From: Eledone cirrhosa
Taxonomy: Eukaryota
Assembly (NCBI GenBank): GCA_964016885.1
Contig: OZ024742.1
Location: 306,962,001-307,026,000 of the forward strand
Reading direction: 5' to 3'
Length of the DNA stretch: 64,000 nucleotides
How positions within the stretch are numbered: position 1 is the first letter of the stretch; each line of letters starts with the position of its first letter. Under the pieces are notes generated by a model. The model ran no database searches, had not been told where the DNA came from, and was given only the letters and a program-made list of their open reading frames with translations. Positions 62,170 to 64,000 of this stretch are shown here, one piece after another. The translations under genes and the position numbers were made by a program.

Positions 62170-64000
62170 CAAGGGTCGGCCACCTTTTGGAGAGAGAGGG
62201 CCAAACACCTATGCAGTGTCATGGAGGAGGGCCATGTTATTAAATATGTAGATAAATTTTCTGGAGGTTTAAAGCAAAACAAAGAATTTAATATATTTTT
62301 ATTTTAACAAGGCCCCTTTATTTTACTGCAGAAATAACAAAAAAAAAGAAAAAAAACTACAAACCCATTCAACAAAAAAAAAAAAAAGCAAATTCCTTAT
62401 TTTACTGCAGGAATAACAGAAAAACAACTACTATCACAATCAACAAAAAAAAAGCAAATTCATTGCTACAAACGAAATACAGTTAGAAATGGTAAATGAT
62501 TTAATGAGACACTTGTTTCTGCTTATTGTGCGATAACTTCTCCACATCAGGTGAAATATTTGTCGATGACAGGAGCAAAACATCATCCAGGTGGTCGTCA
62601 CGCAACCTTGTTCTTAAATGACTTTTAGTATATTTCATTTTGGAAAAAAGTGGTTCACAAGCATATGTACTTCCAAATAATGATATCATCAGTTTCGCAT
62701 TAGTCAAGATGTTTTTATATTTTCCGCTTGGCAATATAATTTCTTGTAGAAGTCAGCAGTGGATTCGAACTGAAATTTCGATTTCAAAGATTCGTCGCAC
62801 TGTAAGTCAATTAACTCCAACTGATATTCTTCTGCCACTTGCTCCACATCTCTTTCGTAAGGAGTACCAAATAACTTAAATAGAGTTCCATATTGCCGGA
62901 AGTCAGCAAAACAAGAGGAAAACTCGCTTCTCAAATCCTTAATAGAGCTCACAAAGATGTCTGGTATTATATCTCTCTTGTGATTTTGGAGACTTGGAAA
63001 ATGAGAGTAGTTTCCTTTTTGAAGTTGTGATACCCACAGTCGAAGTTTTCTCTCAAAAGCAGTAATTTGACCAAACATCTCAAATACAATTTTGTTCTTT
63101 CCTTGAAGCTCAAGATTCAAAGTGTTCATGTGGGTCGTGATGTCCACTAAAAAAGCTAACTTGACAACCCACTGTGAATCCTGAAAGTAAGAATTATCTT
63201 GATCTTTGCACTCTAAAAACATAAAAATCTCTTCTCTCAATGCATATACTCGTTCTATCATTTTTCCGCGGCTAAGCCATCGAACATTTGAAAATATGTA
63301 AGGTCGCCATACTCTGCTTCAATTTGTTTTAGAAATTCTTGAAACTGGCGGTGATTTAATCCTCTTGACGGTATAAAATTCACTGTTTTCACGACCACTG
63401 CCATGATGTCCTTAAAATTCAGTGACTTTGCACATAATGCTTCTTGATGAATAATGCAATGAAGTTTGATTAGTTTTTGATCAATACCGATGTGGTTTTG
63501 GAACAAGGCAACAAACCCCTTTTTCTCTCCAACCATTACTGGTGCTCCATCTGTGATTACTCCAGAAAGCTTTGATAAATCCAGATTCATTTCGGTAATC
63601 CATTTTATTATGCTTTCCAAAATATCTGCTCCAGTGCTAATGTCCTTCATAGGAATCAATTGTACAAATTCTTCCACAATATCAAATGTTGGTGTTACAC
63701 CCCTCACAAACACTGCAAGTTAACAAGTATCCTTCATATCTGTGGTTTCATCGATAGCAATGGAATAATACTCCAGATTATTTAAAATGCCATCCAAGCC
63801 ACTTCTGACATTTGCTGCCAGCTCTTCAATTCGCCTTGTTACTGTTCTTGCCGATAAGCTGATCACAGAAAATAATTCCCTTTTTTCTGGACAAACAACA
63901 TCTGCTACCTTCAACAATAATTCTTTGAAGAAATCTCCATCAGTAAAAGGTTTCATCCTTTCTGCAATTAGCTTTGACACCTCGTAGCTAGCACGAGTGT
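62170..64000 (-). mobile_element. hAT DNA transposon (Charlie/Buster type), 3' part, continuing beyond the window
   Basis: TIR-like CAAGGGTCGGCCACCTTTT at 62170, preceded by the 8-bp TTTTAGAG (central TA, Buster-type target). Confidence 0.85.
62501..64000 (-). pseudogene. hAT transposase (GTF2IRD2/EPM2AIP1-like family), frameshifted
   Basis: YSIAIDETTD, ITDGAPVM, HCIIHQEALC, LAFLVDIT, FGSTYACE.LFSKMK..RTRL. Confidence 0.9.

Noticed and set aside
62501-64000. Host gene GTF2IRD2/EPM2AIP1
   Set aside because: Frameshifts, a stop and a TIR at 62170 indicate a decayed hAT transposon, not a domesticated gene

Overview
Non-genic, microsatellite-rich eukaryotic DNA. The SINE and repeat landscape looks cephalopod/Octopus-like, which is an inference from recalled repeat families. 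No host protein-coding exon was recognised, and most short ORFs in the track are (TA)n/(TG)n translation artefacts. The dominant structure is a ~26 kb retrotransposon array (30.6-56.9 kb) in which all but one element boundary is an (AAT)n tract. It holds four Tx1/L1-clade APE-RT elements plus a 40-bp abortive copy, all on the minus strand, interleaved with two R4/Dong-like RT-RLE elements on the plus strand. Two Tx1 copies share a near-identical ORF2 but have different 5'UTR/ORF1 modules. A tRNA-derived SINE shares its 3' tail with the Tx1 elements and sits at the same target. Outside the array are a twin-primed (5'-inverted) RTE-X insertion with an intact 12-bp TSD, a 487-bp-spaced pair of hammerhead-ribozyme repeats, several Penelope-type palindromes carrying half-hammerheads, a 1.8-kb foldback, MITEs, a non-autonomous RTE, a CRE-clade relic and a Charlie/Buster-type hAT transposon that runs off the right edge.
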